Below are positions 39,548 to 49,130 of a stretch of DNA of 64,000 bases, in pieces. The notes under the pieces were generated by a model. It was not told where the DNA came from. It saw nothing but the letters and a program-made list of their open reading frames with translations, and made no database searches. This DNA comes from Myxococcaceae bacterium (GTDB lineage: Bacteria; Myxococcota; Myxococcia; Myxococcales; UBA5297), in the NCBI GenBank assembly GCA_017500825.1, contig JAFVYB010000024.1, forward strand, positions 17,193 to 81,192, in the 5' to 3' direction. Made by a program: the position numbers and the translations under genes. Numbering within the stretch: position 1 is the stretch's first letter; each line of letters begins with the position of its first letter.

Positions 39548-42025
39548 TCAGCGCGCCGGGCCAATCCAAGGCGAGAGCACCATCGCCCGCCCTTCCTCCT
39601 CCAACATGAAGAGGATGAGCTGCGCGTCTAGTTCGCCGAGGAGCTTGTCAAAGACAGCGTTCTCGCGCCTCTCCGGCCACAGGGCTCGGACGCGCTCGCC
39701 AAATCCCGGACCGCCGAGGACCTCCACATCGATTTCCTCGTCCGTCAGCCGCGCCAGTTCCTGCGCCCGGGCGATGGCCTGCTCCAGACCGCCAAACTTG
39801 TCGACGAGCCCCTTTTCTCTGGCCGCGCTGCCGCCCCAGACCCGCCCCTGGGCCACCGCCTCGATCTGGCCGCGCTCCATGCCGCGCCCCTCGGCCACGC
39901 GATCGATGAAGAGGTTGTAGGTCTCGTCGATGGCGCGCGTGAGCTCGCCCTTTTCCTCGTCGGTCCAAGTGCGCACGAGCGAAGTCAAATCAGCGCTCTC
40001 GCCGCGCTTGAGGATGACCTCGTTCACGCCCAGCGTGTGCAGCAGCTTCCCGAAGCTCGGCTTGATCATGAAGACGCCGATCGAGCCGGTCAGGGTGGAG
40101 GGCGAGGCGAAGATCTCGTTGCCAGCGGAGGCGATGTAGTAGCCGCCCGAGGCAGCCACGTTGCCCAGCGAGACGACGACCGGTTTTTTCTGCGCGACGA
40201 GACGGACCGCCCGCCAGATGAGGTCGCTGGCCAGGCTGCTGCCACCGCCAGAATCGATGGCCAACACGAGCGCCTCGTAGCTGTCGTCCGCGAGCGCCAC
40301 CTGAAGCGCCTGGAGGACCGTGGCCGCCCCAGTCTGCCGTCCGCTCAGGGGACCACCCACGCTGGCACCGGCCGTGATCAGGCCATCGACGCGAACGAGG
40401 GCGATCTTGGGTCGCGTTCCCCACAGACGCGGCACTGCGAGCGCGTCTGGCAGGCCATCGATGAGGCCGACGCGCCGCCCCTCCAGCTCCCCGAGTTTGG
40501 CGACGAGCTGATCGCTGAAGATGACCTCGTCCACGAGACCGGCTTTTTGCGCGGCGTTGGCGCCGAGGATGCCCTGGTTGAGCAATTCGTAAGCGCGCTC
40601 CTCGTCGAGCTTGCGCGCCTTGGCCAGCGTCGCGGCGTAGCGCGGGTAGATCTCGTTGAGCCAGGCCATCAGCTGGACGCGGTCGGCGTCCGACATCTCG
40701 CCGCTGGAGAACTCGTCCGGCGCCGTCTTGTATTGGCCGACGCGCACGACGTCGATGTGGATGCCCAAGCGGTGCAGCAGGCGCCCCATGAAGGTCGAAG
40801 AGACGCTGAAGCCATTGACGAGCAGGTTGGCCGCCGGGACGGCGTAGATGCGGTCGCTCGCCAGGGCCACGAGGTAGTCCGGATCTTCGGCGCCGATGAG
40901 CAGGCTGACGACCTTCTTGCCGCGCTTTTTCAGATCGATGAGCGCCTCGTGCAGCGCCTCGGCCCGCGCCAGACCGAGCGCCCCACCGCCTTCCAGCTTG
41001 ATCACGACGCCGGGAATGTCCTCGTCGTCGCCGACGCGCCGCAGCATCGCCATCAAGTCGAGCCACGGATCGCCGCGATGGAAGAGGGTGGAGAGTCCCG
41101 TCTGCCCCCCCAGGACGCGCTCAAGATCGATGAGCACGTAGCTTTTGAGCGCGATGTCGAGTCCGCGTTGGCGTTCGCTCGTCAGGCGCAGCCAGGCCTG
41201 ATGGCTGGCGACTTTGGTCTCGTCGAACTGGGCCCCGAGCGCGTAACCGCCCGCCACATAAGGCACGCGCAATTCGAGGCCGATCTGTCCGGCGAGTTCT
41301 TCGCCCTGAAAGTCGGTGGAAAAACCGGCGAGCAACAGCAGCCCCTCAATCACTTCGCCGCGCACTGCGATGTCGATGTTGGAGCGCTCAAAGGGCGTCA
41401 GGTCGTCGAAGCGCCAGTCCACCGCGATCTCGACGCGATCGGTGAAGGGACGAAAGCCGACGCCGAGGTCGAAGCGACGCGCGATCCGTCGACCGCCAAA
41501 CTCGGGCGCGTTGAGGTCGAACGCCGCGGCGCCAAAGGCGAAGTAGCGCCAGGGGCGGACCGTGAGCCCGACATCCCAGGTGATCATCCGGTCGAGCACG
41601 CGGCTCTCGTTCGACGAGAAGAGATTGAGGCTGGTGCCGATCGAGATGAGCTCGTTGCCCAGCGCCAGCGTCCAGGCCGTCTTGCGGTGGTTGGGCAGGA
41701 TGTCGCCGTAGCGCATCCAGTGGGTGGAGAAGCCGAGCGTCACAGGCCCGGCGCCCGCCGCGAGAAAGAGCGCGTCGGCGATGCGATCGAGCGGCACGTC
41801 GCGCTCATGCAGATAACCGAGCGAGAGCCCCTTCAGGCCGCCCAGCCCCGCCGGATTGATGCCCGGCGCCATCACGTCGTCGGCAATCGCGGCGCCTGTC
41901 GGTGGAACGGGCGCGCCTTCGGTCAGCGTCGCCTGGCGAACAGCGCTCACCTGGGCGAGCGCGGGCACAGAGAGAAGGAGGGCAAGCGTCAGAAGCGCGA
42001 CACGGACAAGAGAGAGACGAGGCAT
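39548..42025 (-). CDS. sppA: signal peptide peptidase SppA (protease IV, tandem S49 domains) with ~300-aa beta-rich N-terminal extension
   Basis: Two ClpP/crotonase-like S49 repeats (VVIKLEGGGALGLARAEAL..., LVLAIDSGGGSSLASD...NVAASGGYYIA). ATG at 42025 (MPRLSLVRVALL, signal peptide) preceded by AAGGA. The ORF-track extension to 43027 is rejected. Confidence 0.8.
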   Translation of the reverse strand: MPRLSLVRVALLTLALLLSVPALAQVSAVRQATLTEGAPVPPTGAAIADDVMAPGINPAGLGGLKGLSLGYLHERDVPLDRIADALFLAAGAGPVTLGFSTHWMRYGDILPNHRKTAWTLALGNELISIGTSLNLFSSNESRVLDRMITWDVGLTVRPWRYFAFGAAAFDLNAPEFGGRRIARRFDLGVGFRPFTDRVEIAVDWRFDDLTPFERSNIDIAVRGEVIEGLLLLAGFSTDFQGEELAGQIGLELRVPYVAGGYALGAQFDETKVASHQAWLRLTSERQRGLDIALKSYVLIDLERVLGGQTGLSTLFHRGDPWLDLMAMLRRVGDDEDIPGVVIKLEGGGALGLARAEALHEALIDLKKRGKKVVSLLIGAEDPDYLVALASDRIYAVPAANLLVNGFSVSSTFMGRLLHRLGIHIDVVRVGQYKTAPDEFSSGEMSDADRVQLMAWLNEIYPRYAATLAKARKLDEERAYELLNQGILGANAAQKAGLVDEVIFSDQLVAKLGELEGRRVGLIDGLPDALAVPRLWGTRPKIALVRVDGLITAGASVGGPLSGRQTGAATVLQALQVALADDSYEALVLAIDSGGGSSLASDLIWRAVRLVAQKKPVVVSLGNVAASGGYYIASAGNEIFASPSTLTGSIGVFMIKPSFGKLLHTLGVNEVILKRGESADLTSLVRTWTDEEKGELTRAIDETYNLFIDRVAEGRGMERGQIEAVAQGRVWGGSAAREKGLVDKFGGLEQAIARAQELARLTDEEIDVEVLGGPGFGERVRALWPERRENAVFDKLLGELDAQLILFMLEEEGRAMVLSPWIGPAR

Positions 42026-42189
42026 GGGCCATCCTTGGTCAAAAGAGAGCTGCCTCGGATCTGGACGCCCTCGCCGCGTTCGGCCAGCGCGCGAACGCGA
42101 TTCATTCCGGGGGAGACACGCCCACTCGATGCACCGCTCACACGCCCGACGCCGACGCTCCGGCCCTGCCTCCACCTTCCGCCAGACGC

Positions 42190-42346
42190 GCGCTTCACCG
42201 CTCAGTTCATGATCGACGGCTTGGGCGGCTCCGGCAGCTTGTCCACGTCGATTTGGATGAGCGGCCCCGCCGTCGTTCCCGAGCGCTTCGCCGCTCAGTT
42301 CATGATCGACGGCTTGGGCGGCTCCGGCAGCTTGTCCACGTCGATG
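42190..42346. repeat. ~94-bp tandem duplication; each copy carries a 60-bp block encoding the 3' end (IDVDKLPEPPKPSIMN-stop) of the DUF3467 gene
   Basis: gcttc(a/g)ccgctcagttcatgatcgacggcttgggcggctccggcagcttgtccacgtcgat occurs at 42190 and 42284. The second copy is the real gene end; the first is a downstream remnant between the gene and sppA. Confidence 0.8.
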
Positions 42347-42606
42347 ACGCCGTAGCTCTTCTCGTAGCGCGCCAAATTTTCCTGCATGGCCGCGATCAGG
42401 CGCTTGAAGTGCAGCGGGCTGGTGATGACGCGCGAGCGAATCTTCCCCTTGGGCTGCTGCGGCTGCATGAAGATGAAGTCGAGGACGAACTCGCCCGGCG
42501 AATGGTTGACGATCGCCAGATTCGAATACGCGCCCTGCGCGGTCTGGTCGTCGATCTCGATGCGGAACTGGATCTCCTGCGGTGCTGGCTTGGTCGGCTC
42601 GCTCAT
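42295..42606 (-). CDS. DUF3467 domain protein
   Basis: YSNLAIVNHSPGEFVLDFIFMQP... pattern. ATG at 42606 with GGAGG upstream. Confidence 0.55.
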   Translation of the reverse strand: MSEPTKPAPQEIQFRIEIDDQTAQGAYSNLAIVNHSPGEFVLDFIFMQPQQPKGKIRSRVITSPLHFKRLIAAMQENLARYEKSYGVIDVDKLPEPPKPSIMN

Positions 42607-42845
42607 GTCGTCCTCCAGAGGATGTCGGGCGCTCAGGCCCAAAAAAAGGCGCGGCCCTATAGCCGGTCCCCCTCGCGCTGCGGGCTTTTTTCCAAGGTGC
42701 GGCGGCCCAGGCGACAGACGGCGCACCAGAGCGAATTTCTGCCAATAGGCCTTCCCTTTCGCGGCCAGTCGACTCACGGCGGACGCGCCTCAGACAAGCG
42801 ACACCGCCCCTCCCAAACCCAAACACGCCCCAGCGGAGACAGCCC

Positions 42846-43931
42846 ATGGCGCACCTCTTGCCCACCCTCATCATCGGCGCGGCGCTCACCCAGGCCGCGA
42901 CCATCGCCCCAACGCCCGCGACGCCCGCCTCCCCGCTCGCCAACGCGCCGACCGAGACACCCGCGCCCACGTCCCCTGCCGCTGACAAGCCCGCGCCCGC
43001 CGCCCCCTCCAACGACGATCTCGCCAACTGGCGGCAGCTGGCAGCCCAAGGCGCCTGGGACGATCTCTATCTGGCGACGGCTGCGGCTAGTCCCGAACGC
43101 CACTCGGCCACCGCGCGCGCCGAGATCAGCGCTCTCCTGCTGAAAGGCGCCGCCGCCTCCGAGTCCGACCGCGTCATCGCCCTCTCGCTCGCCGAAACAG
43201 CCCTGCGCTTCGAGGAAAGCGCCGAAGCCCTGACATTGGCGGCGACCCACGCGCTCGCGCTCGGCGATCAGGCGACCGCCAGCCAACACCTCGAACGCGC
43301 CCTGGCCCGTCGCCCCGACGACGCGCGGATCAAGCTCCTCAGGGCCCACCTCGCGCGCGCCCAACGCGACTGGACGACAGCCGAGCGCCTCTATTCGGAA
43401 ATCAGCGCCCAAAGTCCCGAACACGCCGAAGCCCAGGCCGCCCTCCAATCGCTCGCCACAGACCGCGCCGCCGACGAAGAACGTGCCGCCGAAGGCGCCA
43501 GACGCGACCTGTTGCGCCGCCGCGTCGAGGCCGAAGCCATGGTCGCCGCCATGCCGGTCAGCGAATTCGACCTCTGTCGCACCCACACCGTGGCCGCCTG
43601 CGAAGCCATCGCCGCCTGCAAACAAATCTCGGCCAACTGCTCCCTCCTCGTCGACACCTGCCCCGCCTCGCGCCTCGACAGCGGCATGCCACGCGATCGC
43701 CTGAACGCCTGCGCCGAAGCCCTCGCCAAAATCGACTGCGCCACCCGCCAACAAGCGCTCGCCACACTCACGGGCGACACCTGCCGCGGCCTCAAACTGC
43801 GCAGCGACAAACGGTTACTGCCCGAGGGCGCAGACAGCGCCGACGCCCCCAAAGACAGCCTTTCCGGCGCAGGACACCATGGCGGCGACTTGAGGCGCAT
43901 CCTTCAGGAAGCGGCGCGCCAGGGATTCTAA
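42846..43931 (+). CDS. secreted Ala-rich TPR-like protein with Cys-rich C-terminal region
   Basis: Signal peptide MAHLLPTLIIGAALTQAATIA. Helical-repeat composition. Six Cys in the last 100 aa. Confidence 0.4.
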   Translation: MAHLLPTLIIGAALTQAATIAPTPATPASPLANAPTETPAPTSPAADKPAPAAPSNDDLANWRQLAAQGAWDDLYLATAAASPERHSATARAEISALLLKGAAASESDRVIALSLAETALRFEESAEALTLAATHALALGDQATASQHLERALARRPDDARIKLLRAHLARAQRDWTTAERLYSEISAQSPEHAEAQAALQSLATDRAADEERAAEGARRDLLRRRVEAEAMVAAMPVSEFDLCRTHTVAACEAIAACKQISANCSLLVDTCPASRLDSGMPRDRLNACAEALAKIDCATRQQALATLTGDTCRGLKLRSDKRLLPEGADSADAPKDSLSGAGHHGGDLRRILQEAARQGF

Positions 43932-44280
43932 AAACGCGAATACATTTATTTATATATTTGGGCGCGTGGCGTTTGTTTCATGCCGTGCGCCTTTGTTTTG
44001 TCCAAACGCAATAAACAAAAAAACTCCCGCAAAAAAACAAACGCGGCACCAAAATAAATCACTTTTTTGCGCGATATTTATCAAAAGATACAATTTTATA
44101 TTATTTTGGCGTTCTATCGCATGACATCGACCTTAAAACGCCGCGATCAATTCGCTAATTTTGCGCCAAAAACGCGAATTCGCCTGAAACACAAAACAAC
44201 AGCGGGCGTTCAATTAACAAAAACAAAAAACCACTGAAACGCTTTTATGCCGCACAAAAATCGTCAAACAATTAATTTTA

Positions 44281-44910
44281 TTAAAGGTGAAGAATTTCCG
44301 GACATCGACCTTGAAGCGGCTCGCCATCTGCCGCGGCGATAATTAATCCGCCTTTTTCGCTACTCCATAATCCAAAGAGCAAATCGAGCATTCGCCGCGC
44401 GGTTCCTGGGTCGAGGCCGGCGAGGGGATCGTCGGCGAGGAGGTAGCGCGGGCGGGCGACGATGGCGCGTGCCAGGCCGAGGCGTTTTTTCATGCCGCCC
44501 GAGAGTCGTTCGGGGAGTGTGCGCGCCTGTGCGTCTAGTCCCACAGAGGCGAGTGCCTGCATGGCGCGCTCTTTGGCTTCGGCGGCGGGGATGCCACGGC
44601 GGCGCAGGGGAAACATGACGTTGTCGAGGACATCCATCGAATCGAAGAGGGCATCGCTCTGGAAGATGAGTCCGAAGCGCAGGCGGACGCGGCGCAGGCT
44701 GTCGCGGTCGAGGCGTGCGAGATCTTCGCCGTCGACGAGCACGCGGCCAGAAGAGGGGCGCAAAAGGCCGACCATGGCGCGCATGAGCGTCGTCTTGCCG
44801 CTGCGAGAGGGGCCGACGATGGCCAGGTTGCCCTTGCCAAAGCGCCCCGAGAGGGGCCCGAGGACGCGGCGGCCTTCGAACGACACCTCCACCTCGTCGA
44901 GCTCGATCAC
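44281..44910 (-). CDS. ABC transporter ATP-binding protein (MlaF/Mkl-like), no permease adjacent
   Basis: Walker A GPSRSGKTT, signature LSGGMKKRLGLARA, Walker B LLADDP. GTG at 44910 (MIELDEVEVSF) with GGAG upstream. Confidence 0.65.
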   Translation of the reverse strand: MIELDEVEVSFEGRRVLGPLSGRFGKGNLAIVGPSRSGKTTLMRAMVGLLRPSSGRVLVDGEDLARLDRDSLRRVRLRFGLIFQSDALFDSMDVLDNVMFPLRRRGIPAAEAKERAMQALASVGLDAQARTLPERLSGGMKKRLGLARAIVARPRYLLADDPLAGLDPGTARRMLDLLFGLWSSEKGGLIIAAADGEPLQGRCPEILHL

Positions 44911-44988
44911 GTCAGGGCTCCGCGGGCGCGAGGGGTGGCGGCTGGTCGCGAAAGACGCCGGGGGCACTCGTCGGCAAAAGCGCGCAAC

Positions 44989-46815
44989 TCACGGCTCCTC
45001 GGAGGCGGGACGACCGGTGGCGGTTTCTGACGCTGGCGGGCGCGCGCTGGCGGCGGCAGACACGGCAGAGGACGCGGCGATCACGGCTGGGCGCGTGGGC
45101 GAGGTGGCGACGCGGCGCGGGCGGCGGGCGCTCAAAACGCGCGTCAGGCTCACCTTGAAGCTCTTGCCGCTGAAGAAGCTCCAGGCCAGGGCGATGCCGA
45201 AGAGCAGGCCAATGCCGAGGCAGGAGAGAAGCGCGGGCATGGGGATGCCGAGCACCGAGGCTTCGATCTTCGAGATGGAGAGGAAGATGCCGATGGTCAG
45301 GCCACAGGCGAGGAAGCCGAGGAAGATGATCACGCCGAGCCCTTTGAGGCTGTTGTTGATCTGGTTGAGCTCCTCGCTGGCGAGGTTGACCTTGAAGCGG
45401 CCGCTCTCGAGGTCGAGCAGGATTTGCGACAGCTGCATCGGCACGTCGCTGGAGAGCGTTTGCAGGCGGAGCAGCGCGCGCAGGCCCACGGCGCTGGCGT
45501 CGGAGCTCTCGTAACGGCCGAGGAGCATCTGCTTGGCGTAGGGCAGGATGGCCTGCTCGATGTTGAGGCGCGGGTTGAGGCGCTGCACCACGCCCTCGAT
45601 GGTGACCGCAGAGCGGCAGAGGATGGCGTAATCCTTGGGGATGCGGACGTGGTGGCGGACGGCCAGGTTGAGGAGCTCGGGGATGAGCTGCCCGGCGTCG
45701 ATGTGCTCCAGCGTCTTGGCCTGGGTGAGGTATTTGTCGAGGGCGGCCTGGATGTCGGACTTGAAGGCGACGAGGTCGGTCCGCTCGCCCGAGGCGCTGG
45801 CGACCCGGTAGATGAGGCGCGCCACGGTGTCGGCGTCCTTGAGGGCCACGGCCATCATCAGAAGGACGAGGTTTTCCTGCATCTGCGGGGTGAGGCGGCC
45901 GACGGCGCCCAGGTCGAGGATGCCGAGGTGGCCGTTGTCGAGCAGCAGCAGGTTGCCGGGGTGGGGATCGCCGTGAAACAGCCCGTCGACGAAGAGCTGG
46001 CGGAAGGCGTCGTCGACGATCAGCTGGCAGACGCGCTCACCCTCTTTGCGCGGCAGGTCGCATTCGCGCAGCTTGCGGCCGACGAGTCGCTCCATCGTCA
46101 GGACGATTGAGTTCGACAGCTCGGGATAGGGGCGCGGGACGGTGATCGAGGGGCGGTCGCGGTGGTGCCCGTAGAACTCGCTGAGGTTTTTCAGCTCATT
46201 GTCGAAGTCGAGCTCCTCCAGGATCGAGGTCTCGAAGGCGTCGACGATGTCGATCGGCGAGTAGACGGCGCTCTCCTCGAAGACGGCCTCGGCCATGCGC
46301 GCGAGCTTGTGCAGCAGATCGAGATCGGCGCGGATGGTGTCGGCGATGTGCGGGCGCTGCACCTTGACCACGACCTCGTGGCCGTCGAGCGTCACGGCGC
46401 GGTGGGCCTGGGCGATGGAGGCGGAAGCCAGCGGCGTCTCGTCAAAGGCGCTGAAGAGCGCGTCGAGGGGTTTGCCAAAGGAAGTTTCGATTTGGGCGCG
46501 AATGCGATCGAAGGGCTCGGGCGTCACGTCGTCCTGCAGGCGGGAGAGCTCCTGGATGTATTCGCGCGGCAACAGGTCGACGCGGGTCGAGAGGATCTGG
46601 CCGAATTTGATGAAGGTCGTGCCCAGCTCGTTCAGGAGGCACCGGAAGCGCTCTGGGGCGCTGCGCTGCGCGACTTCGGGGTTTTCCTGAACCGGCTCCT
46701 CGCGGCCGAGGATCTCCGAAAGCGCCTTGCGGTTGAGCTTGTCGCCAAGGCCGTGCCTCAGGGAGAGGCGCGCGATCTCGCGGATGCGCTTCATCTCTTG
46801 AATGGTCTGGAACAT
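44989..46815 (-). CDS. ubiB: ABC1/UbiB family atypical kinase (AarF), C-terminal TM segments
   Basis: ASIAQAHRA...VVVKVQRP ... FHGDPHPGNLLL kinase motifs, 608 aa. Confidence 0.8.
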   Translation of the reverse strand: MFQTIQEMKRIREIARLSLRHGLGDKLNRKALSEILGREEPVQENPEVAQRSAPERFRCLLNELGTTFIKFGQILSTRVDLLPREYIQELSRLQDDVTPEPFDRIRAQIETSFGKPLDALFSAFDETPLASASIAQAHRAVTLDGHEVVVKVQRPHIADTIRADLDLLHKLARMAEAVFEESAVYSPIDIVDAFETSILEELDFDNELKNLSEFYGHHRDRPSITVPRPYPELSNSIVLTMERLVGRKLRECDLPRKEGERVCQLIVDDAFRQLFVDGLFHGDPHPGNLLLLDNGHLGILDLGAVGRLTPQMQENLVLLMMAVALKDADTVARLIYRVASASGERTDLVAFKSDIQAALDKYLTQAKTLEHIDAGQLIPELLNLAVRHHVRIPKDYAILCRSAVTIEGVVQRLNPRLNIEQAILPYAKQMLLGRYESSDASAVGLRALLRLQTLSSDVPMQLSQILLDLESGRFKVNLASEELNQINNSLKGLGVIIFLGFLACGLTIGIFLSISKIEASVLGIPMPALLSCLGIGLLFGIALAWSFFSGKSFKVSLTRVLSARRPRRVATSPTRPAVIAASSAVSAAASARPPASETATGRPASEEP

Positions 46816-46846
46816 CGTCTTCGCGGGAATGAGGCCAGAGGGCGCG

Positions 46847-48115
46847 TCACTCGGCGGCCTGGAGTTTTTTGAGCGCCTCGCGGGCGCGCGCGTTGTTCGA
46901 GTCGTAGTCGAGCGAGCGTTCGAGGAAGGTCTCGGCCCGCGTCGCGTCGCGCTTCAGGAACGCCTCGCCCGCCTGCAGGTAGAGGTTGGAGAGCGCCTGA
47001 CCCACGCGACGGCCGGGGACGCTGGAACGGCCCGACTTGTCGGCGGCGCAGATCTCCTCGTCGAGGGCGAAGGCCTCTTCGTAGTGCTGAATGGCCTCGG
47101 TGCCCTTCTTGAACGAGAAGGCCGCGCGCGCGGCGCCCTCTGACTTGCGAAATTCCCGCATCTGATTGGCCAGGTGGGCGACGCCAGAGGCTTCGGCGAC
47201 CTCGATGGCCTGATCGACCTCGCCCTCCATGTAGAGCTTGCGGGCCTGGCGCTCGGCGCGGGCGCGATTCACTCGGGAGACCTGGCGGCGAGATTCCTCT
47301 TCCTGTTTGCGGGCGGAGAGTCGGCCGCTGCTCTCGCGATAGGTCGCGGCGGCGGAAGCGGGCGGGGGTGGCGGCGGGACCACCTTGGGCGCTGGCTGGG
47401 GAGAGGCTGGCGCAATCGGCGCTACCGGCGACGGGATGGGGGAGGCAGCTGCCGGCGGTGTCGCTGTCGTGGCCTGTGGCGTCGGGGCAGGCGAATCACT
47501 CGGCGGCGAGGAAGGCGGCGCGCCCGTCCGCGACGGTTGAGGCTGTGCCGCGCTGGAGGTGGGCGGCGCGGGGGTGTCACCAGTGCCAGAGCCCGTGTTG
47601 ATGACGCCGAGTCGCGGCAGCACGTGGATGAAGAGAACCAGGCCAAAGGCTATGGCCAGCACAAAAGTGACCAGCCGCTTCACATAGAAGGCCAGGCCGC
47701 CACGCCCGTCCTCGTCGTCGAGAGGGTCGACGGCCCGCTTCTTCGGCTCCGGCGCGCGCTCGCGGACGCCATCGATGATCAGGCAGAGGACCGAATCGCC
47801 GATTTGAAGGCGATCACCGGCCCGCAACAGGGTGTCTTCGCGGATCTCCTCCTCGTTGACGTAGGTCCCGTTGTGGCTTCCCGCGTCGCGCAGGACGATC
47901 GCGTCCGACTGCCGAAAGATCGTGGCGTGGTGGCGGCTGGCGGCCTCGTTGTCGACGCGAAAGTCCGAATCGCTGGAGCGCCCCAGACGCGTCGCTCCCT
48001 CGGGGATGTCCTGACGCGCGCCCTTGCCCGGTCCGGCGATGATTTCCAGCTGGACGCGCACTGGCCGGGAGCTGAGCGCCGACGCCTGCCTGCCTGTCTG
48101 TCGCGAAGGTGCCAT
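46847..48115 (-). CDS. FHA domain protein with TM helix, Pro-rich linker and C-terminal TPR-like region
   Basis: ATRLGRSSDSDFRVDNEAASRHHATIF...GSHNGTYVNEEEI is an FHA domain; then FVLAIAFGLVLFIHVL TM helix, PAPxP low complexity and a helical C-terminus. Confidence 0.65.
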   Translation of the reverse strand: MAPSRQTGRQASALSSRPVRVQLEIIAGPGKGARQDIPEGATRLGRSSDSDFRVDNEAASRHHATIFRQSDAIVLRDAGSHNGTYVNEEEIREDTLLRAGDRLQIGDSVLCLIIDGVRERAPEPKKRAVDPLDDEDGRGGLAFYVKRLVTFVLAIAFGLVLFIHVLPRLGVINTGSGTGDTPAPPTSSAAQPQPSRTGAPPSSPPSDSPAPTPQATTATPPAAASPIPSPVAPIAPASPQPAPKVVPPPPPPASAAATYRESSGRLSARKQEEESRRQVSRVNRARAERQARKLYMEGEVDQAIEVAEASGVAHLANQMREFRKSEGAARAAFSFKKGTEAIQHYEEAFALDEEICAADKSGRSSVPGRRVGQALSNLYLQAGEAFLKRDATRAETFLERSLDYDSNNARAREALKKLQAAE

Positions 48116-48252
48116 GAGTGCCTCTGTTGGGATGGCGCGACGCCTCTCGAACGCCGTGGGCCGCCAAAGAACCACCTGCCCGGCGGCGCCATTCGAAAAG
48201 AACGCGTCTGGCCCGTCCTGCTGTGCCGCCAGTCACCTCGGGCAGCGTGCCG

Positions 48253-49008
48253 TCAGCGGTTTGAGTCGACCGCCTCGGGCAGCTCAACTTCCGCGAGTTC
48301 GTAAAGCCTGCACCTGTTTTGGACGTGGAGTGTGTGGCCAATCAGCGTGACGATGCCCGATCGCTTGAGGTCGCCGACGATCGAGGAGACGAACGTGCGC
48401 ACCGAGCCGATGTATTCGGCCAAATCCTGTTGCGTCATCCCCGAGAGCGCGATCGCGCCTGTGGTGGGATGGGGAACACCAAAGCGCTCACAGAGATCGA
48501 CAAGCGCCCACATCAGCCGCGAGGGGACATCGCGCGTGGTGAGCCGACTCATGCGCTGTCGCTGGTGGCAAACGCGCTCGTGCTGCGCCTGGCAGACTTC
48601 CTGCGCAAATTTGGAGCGCGCGCCCAGAAGCGTCTGAAAAGTCGCCGCGTCGAGCGTCCATATCTCCGAGCCCGCATCGACATAGGCCGACTCCGCTCCC
48701 CTGATGGCCGAGTGGACGCTCAGGTTGCCGAAGAAATCACCCGGCCCGAGGAGATCGACCAGTGCCTCGCCGCGCGCCTCGATCCGCGAGCGCAACCGAA
48801 CGCGGCCTCGACCGATAAAGTGGACCTCAGAGCAGAGTTCCCCCGCTCTTTGAATGAGGCTGTTCTCCTGGTGGCGTTTAATCCTGAAGTAATCCTGCAA
48901 TTCGGTGGTCGCCGGCCTGTTGGCGATGAGACGCCGGTCTTTAAGATTCTTCAGCTCCAAGCGAGAGAGCTCTTCGGGCGAGAGGTCATCCAGCGAACGG
49001 GCAAACAT
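48253..49008 (-). CDS. Crp/Fnr family transcriptional regulator
   Basis: cNMP-binding beta-roll (GDFFGNLS) plus C-terminal HTH (MTQQDLAEYIGSVRTFVSSIVGDLKRSGIV). Confidence 0.7.
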   Translation of the reverse strand: MFARSLDDLSPEELSRLELKNLKDRRLIANRPATTELQDYFRIKRHQENSLIQRAGELCSEVHFIGRGRVRLRSRIEARGEALVDLLGPGDFFGNLSVHSAIRGAESAYVDAGSEIWTLDAATFQTLLGARSKFAQEVCQAQHERVCHQRQRMSRLTTRDVPSRLMWALVDLCERFGVPHPTTGAIALSGMTQQDLAEYIGSVRTFVSSIVGDLKRSGIVTLIGHTLHVQNRCRLYELAEVELPEAVDSNR

Positions 49009-49130
49009 CTGGGCAGGGACTCCTTGTACTGCGGATTTCAGGACAGGCGCGCGAATGAATGGGGGCAAATCAATGATTTGGCGCGCGCGTAATAAAAAAA
49101 CGGCGATTTATTGATTCGTGAATCGACAAA

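Noticed and set aside
40037-42355. 772-aa plus-strand ORF across sppA
   Set aside because: Antisense to sppA. Low-complexity Arg/Asp/Gly-rich translation.
42026-43027. N-terminal 333-aa extension of the sppA ORF given in the track (start at 43027)
   Set aside because: The extension runs through the divergent DUF3467 gene and its duplicated 3' end. A good RBS+ATG+signal peptide occurs at 42025.
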